The position numbers were made by a program, and so were the translations under genes. A stretch of 64,000 nt of DNA, from positions 1,152,001 to 1,216,000 of the forward strand of contig CBDBCZ010000015.1 in the NCBI GenBank assembly GCA_965203295.1, written 5' to 3'. The notes below the pieces were generated by a model that saw only the letters and a program-made list of their open reading frames with translations, was not told where the DNA came from and searched no databases. Below are positions 26,401 to 39,113 of the stretch, piece after piece (within the stretch, counting starts at the first letter, position 1; the number at the start of each line of letters is the position of its first letter). The stretch comes from Nitrospirales bacterium (lineage in GTDB: Bacteria; Nitrospirota; Nitrospiria; Nitrospirales; UBA8639).

Positions 26401-29400
26401 AGGAACTTGTTATTCAAAGGCTTGTTTAGTTTGGTTGATGTTAGTCTGAAGATTAGGAAAGAAGGATTTTATTGAAAATTGTTAGTTTTGTTGGTCTCAG
26501 GCAAAGACTTTCAGCCAAAGTAACTAGCTACCATTGATCTGACCCTTCCTAACTGTTTAGGAAAAGAACTGGTTATTCAAAGGCTTGTTTAGTTTGAATG
26601 ATGTTAGTCTGAAGATTAGGAAAGAGGGATTTTATTGAAAATTGTTAGTTTTGTTGGTCTCAGGCAAAGACTTTCAGCCAAAGTAACTAGCTACCATTGA
26701 TCTGACCCTTCCTAACTGTTTAGGAAAAGAACTGGTTATTCAAAGGCTTGTTTAGTTTGAATGATGTTAGTCTGAAGGTTATGAAAGAAGGATTTTATTG
26801 AAAATTGTTAATTTTGTTGGTCTCTAGCAAAGACTTTAAGCCAAAGTAACTAGCTACCATTTATCTCACCCTTCCGAACTGTTTAGAAAAAGAACTGGTT
26901 ATTCAATGGCCTGTTTAGTTTTGGTGATGTTAGCCTGAAGATTAGGAAAGAAGGATTTTATTGATAATTGTTAGTTTTGTTTGTCTCTTGCAAAGATTTT
27001 AAGCCAAAGTAACTTGCTACCATTGATCTGATCCTTCCCAACTATTTAGAAAAAGAGCTGGTTATTCAAAGGCTTGTTTTGTTTGAATGATATCAGTCAA
27101 ATACAATACATGCTAAGGAAGTATCAATGTTCAAGAAAGGAACTGGTTATTCAAAGGCTTGTTTAGTTTTGTTGATGTTAGCCTGAAGATTAGGAAAGAA
27201 GGATTTTATAGAAAATTGTTAGTTTTGTCGGTCTCTAGCAAAGACTTTAAGCCAAAGTAACTAGCTACCTTTGATCTGACCCTTCCCAACTGTTTAGGAA
27301 AAGAACTGGTTATTCAAAGGCCTGTTTAGTTTGAATGATGTTAGTCTGAAGATTAGGAAAGAAGGATTTTATTGAAAATTGTTAGTTTAGTTGGTCTCTA
27401 GCAAAGACTTTAAGCCAAAGTAACTAGCTACCATTTATCTGACCCTTCCTAGCTGTTTAGAAAAAGCACTGGTTTTTCAAAGGCCTGTTGAGTTTTATTG
27501 ATGTTTGCCCCAAGATTAGGAAAAAAGGATTTTATTGAAAATAGTTAGTTTTGTTGATCTCTAGCAAAGACTTTAAGCCAAAGTCACTAGCTACCATTTA
27601 TCTGACCCTTCCGAACTATTTAGAAAATGAGCTGGTTATTCAAAGGCTTGTTTAGTTTGAATGATATTAGTCAGATACAATACATGCTTAGGAAGTATCA
27701 ATGTTCAAGAAAGGAACTGGTTATTGAAAGGCTTGTTTAGTTTGGTTGATGTTAGTCTGAAGATTAGGAAAGAAGGATTATATTTTAAAATTGTTAGTTT
27801 TTTTGTCTCTAGCAAAGATTTTAAGCCAAAGTAACTTGCTACCCTTTATCTGACCCTTCCCAACTGTATAGAAAAAGAGCTGGTTATTCAAAGGCTTGTT
27901 TAGTTTGAATGATGTTAGTCAGATACAATACATGCTTAGGAAGTATCGATGTTCAAGAAAGGAACTGGTTTTTCAAAGTCTTGTTTAGTTTGCTTGATGT
28001 TAGTCTGCAGATTAGGAAACAAGTATTTTATAGAAAATCGTTAGTTTTGTTGGTCTCTAGTAAAGACTTTCAGCCAAAGTAACTAGCTACCATTGATCTG
28101 ACCCTTTCCAACTGTTAAGGAAAAGAACTCTTTATTCAAAGGCTTGATTAGTTTTAATGATGTTAGTCGGATACAATACATGTTTAGGAAGTGTCGATGT
28201 TCAAGAAAGGAACTGGTTATTCAAAGGCTTGTTTAGTTTGCTTGATGTTAGTCTGAAGTTTAGGAAAGAAGAATTTTATTGAAAATTGTTAGTTTTGTTG
28301 GTCTCAGGCAAAGACTTTCAGCCAAAGTAACTAGCTACCATTGATCTGACCCTTCCGAACTATTTAGAAAATTAGCTGGTTATTCAAAGGCTTGTTTTGT
28401 TTGAATGATATTAGTCAGATACAATACATGCTTAGGAAGTATCAATGTTCAAGAAAGGAACTGGTTATTCAAAGGCTTGTTTAGTTTGCTTGATGTTAGT
28501 CTGCAGATTAGAAAAGAAGTATTTTATAGAAAATCGTTAGTTTTGTTGGTCTCTAGGAAAGACTTTGAGCCAAAGTAACTAGCTACCATTGATCTGACCC
28601 TTCCCAACTGTTTAGGAAAAGAACTGGTTATTCAAAGGCTTGTTTAGTTTGAATGATGTTAGTCAAATACAATACATGCCTAGGAAGTATCGATGTTCAA
28701 GAAAGGAACTTGTTATTCAAAGGCCTTTTTTAGTTTTGTTGATGTTTGTCTGAAGATTAGGAAAGAAGGATTTATTGAAAATTGTTAGTTTTGTTGGTCT
28801 CTGGCAAAGACTTTAAGCCAAAGTAACAAGCTACCATTGATCTGACCCTTCCCAACTGTTTAGGAAAAGAATTGGTTATGCAAAGGCTTGTTTAGTTTGA
28901 ATGATGTTAGTCAGATACAATACATGCTTAGGAAGTATCGATGTTCAAGAAAGGAACTGGTTATTCAAAGGCTTGTTTAGTTTGGTTAATGTTAGTCTGC
29001 AGATTAGAAAAGAAGGATTTTATTGAAAATTGTTAGTTTAGTTGGTCTCTAGCAAAGACTTTAAGCCAAAGTAACTAGCTACCATTGATTAGGAAAGAAG
29101 GATTTTATTGAAAATTGTTAGTTTTGTTGGTCTCTAGCAAAGACTTTAAGCCAAAGTAACTAGCTACCATTGATCTGACCCTTCCCAACTGTTTAGGAAA
29201 AGAACTTGTTATTCAAAAGCTTGTTTAGTTTGAATGATGTTAGTCTGAAGATTAGGAAAGAAGGATTTTATTGATAATTGTTAGTTTTGTTGGTCTCTAG
29301 CAAAGACTTTAAGCCAAAGTCACTAGCTACCATTGATCTGACCCTTTCCAACTGTTTAGAAAAAGATCTGGTTATTCAAAGGCTATTTTAGTTTTAATGA

Positions 29401-30356
29401 TGTTAGTCAAATACAATAATCCTTAGGAAGTATCGATGTTCAAGAAAGGAACTGGTTATTCAAAGGCTTATTAATTTTGGTTGATGTTAGTCTGAAGATT
29501 AGGAAAGAAGGATTTTATTTAAAATTGTTAGTTTTTTGGTCTCTTGCAAAGACTTTAAGCTAAAGTAACTAGCTACCATTGATCTGACCCTTCCTAACTG
29601 TTTAGAAAAAGAACTGGTTATTCAAAGGCCTATTTAGTTTTGTTGATGTTAGCCTGAAGATTAGGAAAGAAGGATTTTATTGAAAATTGTTAGTTTTGTT
29701 GGTCTCTAGCAAAGACTTTAAGCCAAAGTTACTAGCTACCATTGATCTGACCCTTCCGAACTATTTAGAAAATTAGCTGGTTATTCAAAGGCTTGTTTAG
29801 TTTGCTTGATGTTAGTCTGCAGATTAGAAAAGAAGTATTTTATAGAAAATCGTTAGTTTTGTTGGTCTCTAGGAAAGACTTTGAGCCAAAGTAACTAGCT
29901 ACCATTGATCTGACCTTTCCCAACTGTTTAGGAAAAGAACTGTTTATTCAAAGGCTTGTTTAGTTTGAATGATGTTAGTCAAATACAATACTTGCCTAGG
30001 AAGTATCGATGTTCAAGAAAGGAACTTGTTATTCAAAGGCTTGTTTAGTTTTGTTGATGTTTGTCTGAAGATTAGGAAAGAAGGATTTATTGAAAATTGT
30101 TAGTTTTGTTGGTCTCTGGCAAACACTTTAAGCCAAAGTCACTAGCTACCATTGATCTGACCCTTTCCAACTGTTTAGAAAAAGATCTGGTTATTCAAAG
30201 GCTAGTTTAGTTTGAATGATGTTAGTCAAATACAATATTCCTTTGGAAGTATCGATGTTCAAGAAAGGAACTGGTTATTCAAAGGCTTGTTTAATTTTCT
30301 TGATGTTTGTCTGCAGATTAGGAAAGAAGGATTTTATAGAAAATCGTTAGTTTTGT
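8451..30356 (+). repeat. Satellite DNA array, block 3
   Basis: Continuous A/B modules, with a diverged-monomer island at ~15760-16620 and local higher-order duplications. Confidence 0.98.
15760..16620 (+). repeat. Island of diverged satellite monomers (177 and 186 bp)
   Basis: Diagnostic sequences are AAGGGTTTTCACTAATAATTGGTACAATTTTAGC and GGTTTAAGATT. Equivalent landmarks at 15769, 15955 and 16132 give spacings of 186 and 177 bp. Confidence 0.85.
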
Positions 30357-31235
<879 letters not shown>

Positions 31236-31669
31236 GATTACTTAATTTATGTGGTTAAACTGAAAGTCTACAGCTAGTTTGATTACGTATTACTACAGCT
31301 TCTGACTAAACTCAGTTCCTCCTGTTTCTGCATAGTCTCAGTATGCTTCTTGTAGTGCATGTAAACATTTTGCTGTTCTTAGCAATTAATCTAACAGCGT
31401 TCATCGCACGTTGATCAGCAATACACACTGTAGTACATGTACATGTAAGCTCAAGAAGGAGCTTGATAAATCCACCCTAATTACAAACGATGACATTTTC
31501 GTTACTAGCCTCTCTTACTCGGCCAGTCATGTAGTTCTGAAGATAGGTTTCTAACTTGTTTTCCACATGTGCATACATCTGAGGCTCATTATACCATATT
31601 ACAATGCATGTATAAAATTTTACCTTTGTTTATTAACATTGCTGTGCATGTGCATGTACTTACATGTAG

Positions 31670-31769
31670 GTACAGCAGTGCAAGATGAAATGGAAGCGGA
31701 CATAAGGACCCCTCGTTGTTTACCAGCCTTTGCATCTGGGGAACTGCTAGCACTACCACACAATTTCAA
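31670..31769 (+). pseudogene. Putative exon 1 of an unidentified gene fragment (TAVQDEMEADIRTPRCLPAFASGELLALPHNF)
   Basis: ACATGTAG| acceptor, |GTAAGA donor and an open frame. It ends in phase 2, compatible with the next candidate exon. Confidence 0.5.
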
Positions 31770-33219
31770 GTAAGATTAAACTGGGCTGGAGAAAATTAGT
31801 GTGTCTGGCTTCAGTGTCTGGCAATTGGGTGTTGCTAACTTTTGGGTTGACTTAGGAAATCATGTTTATCAGTAGTTTTTCTATTGTAATTGAAGGATTA
31901 GGAGACCAGAGAAAAGCTAAACTACAGTAGAGCCTTAGTTCACTTTTAATTCATGGAGGCTTTCCTAGTGTGAGTCAAATTAAGAGCTGTATGTAGCTGC
32001 TGGTCAGCTCTAGGTGCTACACACACCATCACCGCACTCACAAAGCCCAAATAGCTGTCAGTGTTTCAGTTCTTTGTACTTTACTTATGATAGTATGTTT
32101 GTATACTTACAGTACATTGGCCCTATTACATTCGTGGACATGCTTTCAAATCAGAAGCAATGCATTAGTAGGATTGGACAGGTATTTGTAGGACACTTAC
32201 CAAATGGTACTTTGACACAAGGCTTTTTGCATCTTACCTCCTAGTTATATTTGTTTGTTCACACAGTTGTGTAAACAAGTGTATATTTGTCATGGAAGTA
32301 GATTGAGTGTCACCTGTGCATGGGCTGTGGGGCATGGGTGGGGTGGGGTGACAACTTGCTCTGGCCTACACTTGTACTTTTCTTGTCTCAGTTGAGGGCA
32401 CGTGGTAACTTCAGTGGTAGTCACAGAATCAAACCCATTACTTTCAGTATCAGCATGGCATGTGGAAGAGTGTCAGCATCAGGCTATCAGCACATGTCTC
32501 TTCCACATGCCAATACTGTAAGTGATGGATGCTGTAGAATGTAAGTGGGCTGGCTTGTGAAACTGCTTTAGTGAACCAGACGCTATGAATATTCCACAGT
32601 TGTGCAATATTCCACAGTTGTACATTTTCAATTGCAAGGCCTTTCATATAAGAAACACTCCTTTGCCCATTACAATCTGTTACACAATAAAGTTTTGAGC
32701 TTTGCAAACCTCTACCACACAGGTCAGTGCTATTTCAAATTTCTATACTGACATAAATGCAGTCTGTTGCAGTCAGGAAACTACATCAAACTGGCTTGTG
32801 AGTGGCATGATTGTGTAGCTACTGTTGTAGGGTTAAGGTGCCCCTCCTGTTTCCATAAACTTGGCATGATATAATTATTGATCTATTAAAATGCACACAT
32901 AGATCTATAGTATGGAAGTTATTAAAGTGTACTTTGACCAGTCGTCTGTTTGATTCAAAAACTGCGAACTAGACATTTCACTATACCCTTGTCACTTTCT
33001 TTGTACGTATATGCTCTTGTTTGTCCAGCTCTTAGCACAATGGTATTATCGTTGGTAGTACGGGGACATACACCTCTCATGCTCAAATCAACCCTTCAGG
33101 GTCATTGACGTTCATTGACCGTAGTAATGGTATAGACACACAAAAGAACAGATATTCCTTCAGGATCATTTATGTTCATTGACAGATATTCAACGCGAGT
33201 TGGTAGGTACATATGCAGA

Positions 33220-34420
33220 ACTCAAAAGATATGTTCTAAAAGTCTAAAGAATAAAAAGCAGAAGGTAATGATGGGCTAGTTGGGGAGCTTTTTAAGTATG
33301 GTGGCAAAGGAATGGCTAATCTGTTGAAAGTTTATATGAAGTAGTTTGGACAGAGGAGAGTATTCCGCAGACAAGGGTCAATTGTTAGCTTGTATAGACA
33401 AGTCTGACATTTCATGTCTAAAAACTAGCCGAGAACCTTTCCCACCTTTCCCGTACAATACACAACTCAGCTTAGGCCAAAGTAACTGCAACTGTAGAAC
33501 TACAAATTATAGTAACTATGCTGAGCTGCAGAAACTAAGCAATCTACATAACTCTGTACAGCGAAAGTGCTGAGTCGTCAGTTTCGTTGTGTGCTTCCAG
33601 TTAGTAGCTATATGTCGCGAAAACAGAATCTTTACGGCTTCCTACCACGTTTTCGCCATCTAGGCAGCACACAACAACCTTCATTTGCTGTAGCTATACA
33701 CGGCAGTTGCATAGTAACGTATGACGTAATATACTGCGCACGTGGTAAGTGCGGACGCACGAACAGACAAACTAACAGACGCGAAAAGCGTGAAGCAATC
33801 TTAGGACCAGCCGTTCACGTGCTGCACGCGCTCCGGCTGGTAAAAAGGTGCTGAGGACCCGGGTAATTACAGAGGCATTGCATTCACTATTGAATGTGGT
33901 AGATTTTGCAAGATTCTAAGTAGGATGTGGAGAGATAATTATTAAGACTATGTATGACATCGCACAGAGTGCTGTTTTACTGGAGGGATTAAAATCCAAT
34001 CATTCAATATAGGTCGGGTGGTACGGGTTGTAATATGTCTCCTATCCTGCATGTATTTTCCAATCAGTTGTTAGATGAGATCACAAAGGCTGGGATTGGC
34101 ACAACTATTAAGACTGATGTTATCTGTTGGGGGTCTAGTGTTTGCTGATGATTTTGTAAGTTTAATTACTAATACTGAGGACTTACAAACGTTGATTAAT
34201 GTAGTACAGGAATTTTGTAAAGGAGAGTGCTGTTATGGTATTTTCCATGGAGGTTGGTACAGGTACATTCACACGGAAGTGGGGAGATAAAGACATTCCA
34301 AGGGTTGCAAGTTACAGTTTCTTGGGGATTGAATTTGTTAATAATAGTTCATTGGATAGACATGTACAGATTGTGATCGTGAAAGGAAAAAAACTTAATC
34401 ACTTACACAGTGTTGTGAGA
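33220..34420 (+). mobile_element. Decayed non-LTR retrotransposon reverse-transcriptase fragment (frameshifts, deletions, interrupted at 33397-33841)
   Basis: RT motifs are readable across frames: KAEGNDGLVGELFKYGG, YKKGAEDPGNYRGI (across the insertion), GC.MSPIL, GGLVFADDFV, EDLQTLINVV and WGDKDIPRVASYSFLGIEF. Boundaries are approximate. Confidence 0.88.
33397..33841 (-). mobile_element. DINE-1/HINE-like (Helentron-associated) non-autonomous element, ~445 bp
   Basis: On the minus strand it has a T-run flank, a 5' hairpin ACCAGCCG...CGGCTGGT (33806-33841) and a degenerate GTCT microsatellite (~33750-33782). It also has a partner subterminal repeat (ACTAGCCG on + at ~33424) and a short terminal stem AGACA...TGTCT (33396-33419). 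It is inserted in an A/T run, and removing it restores the RT motif. Confidence 0.7.
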
Positions 34421-34526
34421 AGGTTTTGGTATGTATGTGCTGTCTTCACTCGATCACTTTTATAATTTCCTGTAACTAATTTCACATATCATGTAGACCT
34501 AGCTACATTCGCATTGTTTCTTGCAG

Positions 34527-34562
34527 AATCAAAGTACATGACCCCAGTGATGTTTCCATGTG
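34527..34562 (+). pseudogene. Putative exon 2 (IKVHDPSDVSM)
   Basis: Strong acceptor TTGTTTCTTGCAG| and phase-2 start. The donor |GTAGTG is weak, and splicing there creates TG+A = stop. Confidence 0.45.
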
Positions 34563-34641
34563 GTAGTGGGCCACTTGTGTGGACCTACAGAATAGTTACC
34601 TATTAGATAACGTGTGTGCCTGTCTCCCTGTTGTCCTACAG

Positions 34642-34714
34642 ACTCATTACAGAGCGAAAGAAGAAAGCAGCTGAAGACAAGGAGTCAATGTTTGGTCCCA
34701 AAGAGCTGCTGGCT
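34642..34714 (+). pseudogene. Putative exon 3 (LITERKKKAAEDKESMFGPKELLA)
   Basis: Acceptor CCCTGTTGTCCTACAG|, consensus donor |GTGAGT, open protein-like frame, phase 2 in and phase 0 out, preceded by a 79-bp intron. Confidence 0.6.
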
Positions 34715-34764
34715 GTGAGTGTTTACATTTGTTTTTACTGGCCAATTTAATCTGCTTTAAAATT

Positions 34765-34833
34765 ACAAGTAGTTGTGCTCGCTTCACTCGCACAACTACT
34801 TGTGTTTGTTGAACTCGCTCGCTGCGCTCGCTC
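34765..34833 (-). repeat. Pair of hairpins with GA mismatches and GNA loops, probably a mobile-element terminus
   Basis: A 14-bp perfect stem ACAAGTAGTTGTGC/GCACAACTACTTGT (34765-34803) whose minus-strand centre reads GCGAGTGAAGCGAGC, followed by CTCGCTCGCTGCGCTCGCTC (34814-34833). Confidence 0.75.
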
Positions 34834-35399
34834 TATACAGATAGAGATTAAAGATGTAATCTGCATGCGATTTGTTGGTTTGTAGGGTACATTTAGCTAG
34901 TAGTGTTGCTGGCAGATTGAAGTGTGGAGACAGCGCTACAGAGAAGACTACAATCAGCTGTAAAACAGTTTAGGCATTCTGGGACTACAGCCTAGCTCTT
35001 CACAGCCATAGCCTAGCTACATATCAAGTGAATGGCACTGATTTTATTCTCAGCATGGCTACTTGCATGTTCACCACATTCTAACCAGAGGCAGTGACTC
35101 AGAGGAGAGACTACAAACAGCTGCTAGACCAAACAGGCGAGCTAGCACTGTAGCCTAGCTATACCACAGGCTACATGCAGGCGAACGGCACCGACTCCAT
35201 TTAATGCACATCAACATGGTTAGCCTAGCATAGCAGTTATATCTCTGCTTGGCTTTCACTTACAGCTAGGACTATACCGCAACTAACCTTTGTGTTAAAG
35301 TGCCTGACATCGCGAGACTAAGTCTTGTAGTCGCTGGAAAGAGCTAGCATCTTCTCCCTACATCTTTCCAACCACAATCATGTATATGTGAGATGTGAA

Positions 35400-36245
35400 C
35401 AGTGGTAGTGTAATTTGGTGTGTGTATATTGCTAATTATGACTAGTATGTTGGAGGTTGTGGAGGGTAGCTGAAAGTGTTCATGGTGTATATGTTGGACT
35501 AGTGAGTCATTGAGGGTGGAGTCATGTTTGTATAGGGACTTTGGTTGTGTTTGGTTGTTGAGTGTGATGAAGTTTTGAGAGTGTTTGTATGTGCAGGTTC
35601 TTTGTAGGGGAGGTCTGTGTGGGTGTGTTGGTAAAGTATAGATTGAGTGTTGTCAACTTTGTTGAGTGTGTTGTATGGTGGTTGATGTTGTGAGGAATTT
35701 CTCTGCTTGGTTTGTGCTTGAGAATGTGGGATTCGTGGAGTGAAGTGAATTTTGATGGGAGTAGCTAGCGTTCCTGTGAAGGTTTGGGTTGGCTGTAGTG
35801 TGGGGTGTTGTGTTTTATAATGTAGCCATTAATGATTGTGGATAAGGATGTAAGGGTGGTATATATATGATAGTGATGATTGTGGATGGTTGTGTGTGTT
35901 GAAGGAAGTATTGGGGTGCAGTTAAGTATGGGGGCGAGGTACGGATTGTGGTGGGTGTGGTTGGAAAGATGTAGAGATGGTAGCTACGCAATAAATGGAT
36001 TGCGCTGTGATGGGTGGGTTGTCTGTGCACGCATTGCGTTGTGCATTGTCGCTTGTTTCATTGGTTTTTGGGGAACTGTTTTTTGGTGAAAGTCCATCCC
36101 TACATGACTTGTTTTTGCACTTTTTGGAAAAGTGCTTTTCCTGTAACTTGTTATGGGCGTTTTTTTGGGAAGTGGTAACAAATGTTTAGGTATTGGAATA
36201 GAATATGTTTGAGAATGTGTGTAGTATAGGTTTCAATTTGTACTC
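35400..36245 (-). mobile_element. Strongly G/T-skewed segment, possibly a decayed Penelope-like element remnant
   Basis: The minus strand is very A/C-rich. Fragments KLKPILH...HFPK.PITSYRK (across frameshifts, ~36100-36240) loosely resemble the post-RT linker of Penelope-like elements. Weak. Confidence 0.3.
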
Positions 36246-36451
36246 CAGTCAGCATCAGGAAGGCCTTCGCCTGCATGTGCATGGGGGGGGGGGGGGAAGG
36301 TCTCTTGTCAAGGTCAGCTATGTAACTGGCACATGAGGCTGCCCATTTCTAGTCAGGGTCAACACTACTCCTTTTATACTCTGTCGGTTTTGAATGTACA
36401 TTGTTTATTCTGGGCCCTCTTTTTCATAAATGTATAAACCTTGCTTTCATG

Positions 36452-36930
36452 CACGATTGAAGGTAGGCTTTAAATAGACCAACACGTGCTAGCAGGCAGT
36501 CCATCTTACCATAAAATGGCCTGTAAGTGACAAGTGTCCACTCGAGAGTGCTCCTTATCACTGCTAATCTGATTCGAGTTCTTTGAAAATGCTATGCCTG
36601 AAAGGCACTACCTGAGGGTCAATCATGCCCGTTCGTATTGGAATCTTTTTAATTGCTTCACTAATTATTGTGCTAGTTTGACTGAATTAAGGATTATCTG
36701 ACTAAGATGAAGATAGACCATTCGGCGGTTTTAACTACTTGCCGCTTTGGTACTTCAGAGATGTTCTTTAGCAGTGCTAACAGCCTGGTTAGTGACGACA
36801 ACGCTCGAAAATAAGTGATACATGAGCTTCATATTAGTCCTAGACTACACCTACAGCGGAGTACTAAGCATGTCATTTTAACGGGGAGGCCAGGGCCATC
36901 CCAACATATGGAGTAGTACCGTGCTCCGTG
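36452..36930 (+). mobile_element. Unclassified ~480-bp element, copy 1 (CACG...CGTG ends, terminal hairpin)
   Basis: Colinear diverged homology to 37335-37861 from CACGAT..AAGGTAGGC.TTAAATAGAC.AACACG, through CTCGAGAGTGCTC, TTCTTTGAAAA and ATTATTGTGCTAG, to GCCATCCC.ACATATGGAGTA.TACCGT.CTCC.TG. The flanks of the two copies are unrelated. Confidence 0.75.
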
Positions 36931-37270
36931 GTGTTGAGCTGCAAATTATCACCAAGGGCAATGATATGTATTGCAGTTTTTAGTGTCACAGAGGCAAATA
37001 GCTGCCTGCCCCCTCCAGTAGAGTTAGTGAGGGGGTGTCCGGACGGTAGGGGTTGTCTGGACACCAAAGCTTTTCTGCCTGTGCTCGTATTTAACAGCAA
37101 ATTTATTTCGATCGGTGGGCCTTTCTGTCTGCCCTTGTTATGTATTGTGAGCTACTGTTCTCCTTGTGTATGTCCAGACAATTCCATGCACCCTTTGGGC
37201 ACCCCCTTACTTCAGTAGCTAGCTACCCTACTACTGAAATAATACTGCCATGTGAGTAAGTGTATTGTAG

Positions 37271-37334
37271 CTAAATTTTCGGGTGACTTACAAAGTGATG
37301 AACCAGGAGATGCAGCTCAGGCCAGGACAGCTGG
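37271..37334 (+). pseudogene. Putative exon 4, truncated by element insertion (LNFRVTYKVMNQEMQLRPGQL)
   Basis: TATTGTAG| acceptor and a phase-0 start matching the exon 3 end. The frame is open up to the CACG element at 37335, and the rest of the exon is not seen. Confidence 0.5.
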
Positions 37335-37861
37335 CACGATCAAAGGTAGGCGTTAAATAGACGAACACGCGATAGGGGCGGTTACTAAATTCCGAAACCG
37401 AACGGAACAGAACAGTAGTCATTAAATGGCGTAAAACGGCAAGCGTCACCTCGAGAGTGCTCGTGAATCACTGCTGAACCTGTTCGGTTTCTTTGAAAAC
37501 GTTATGCTACGAGTGCAATACCCCGGGGAATATTTAGCTTGTTCGCGCTTGAATCATTGTGATAGCTTAAGCCATTATTGTGCTAGCCTGGCTGAAGAAA
37601 GAAACAAGAAGAATTATATAGTCGATTACGCCCCGCCCCCCGAGTGTAGCGACTTGCCGGTCTAGTACCCCAGCGAAGCTTTCCAGCACCGCTAACAGTC
37701 TTGTTGCTGATGGAAACACTCGAGATGTCATGGTATGGCTCATAAAAGCCTATGATTATAATCAGAGCCGAGTTCTGAGCGTATGATTTTGTATGCGATA
37801 TATGGGGCCGCCATTTTTTTCCCGTGCCATCCCTACATATGGAGTACTACCGTACTCCATG
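37335..37861 (+). mobile_element. Unclassified ~527-bp element, copy 2 (CACG...CATG ends, terminal hairpin ATGGAGTAC-TACC-GTACTCCAT)
   Basis: Homologous to 36452-36930 over its full length. Its last 96 bp are identical to the reverse complement of 39018-39113. Confidence 0.8.
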
Positions 37862-38800
<939 letters not shown>

Positions 38801-39017
38801 CGGTGTTCTAGTTTCACCAAACAGTGGGGACAAAGCTGATCCAGAGGTTTTGGGGGCTCAAGGCAAGCCTAATGATTTTGTTATGCCCATGTGTGTGCGT
38901 GTATGTTATGATAGATAAAGACAGTCACCTGTGTTTGCAGGGGGTGTTTTGGAGTGCACCATGTGTGTGTAGTGGATGCAGTTTAATGCTTCTTTGTGCA
39001 CACAGGTCTTTGTCTAT

Positions 39018-39113
39018 CATGGAGTACGGTAGTACTCCATATGTAGGGATGGCACGGGAAAAAAATGGCGGCCCCATATATCGCATACAAAATCATACGC
39101 TCAGAACTCGGCT
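39018..39113 (-). mobile_element. Truncated inverted copy 3 of the CACG/CRTG element (hairpin end only)
   Basis: 96 bp identical to the reverse complement of 37766-37861, then joined to the satellite through a 2-bp CT overlap. Confidence 0.85.

Noticed and set aside
1..30356. CRISPR-like pattern (constant 44-bp core separated by other sequence)
   Set aside because: The intervening sequences are only two recurring types rather than unique spacers, there are no cas genes, and the context is eukaryotic.
32588..33184. Short direct repeats (18-bp tandem AATATTCCACAGTTGTRC at ~32588; TTCAGGRTCATT...GTTCATTGAC pair at ~33096/33159)
   Set aside because: Consistent with ordinary local slippage duplications; no further structure.
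37015..37237. Possible small MITE with CAGTAG...CTACTG ends and GGGGGTGTCC/GGCACCCCC inner repeats
   Set aside because: The inverted match is short and degenerate, and no TSD could be identified.
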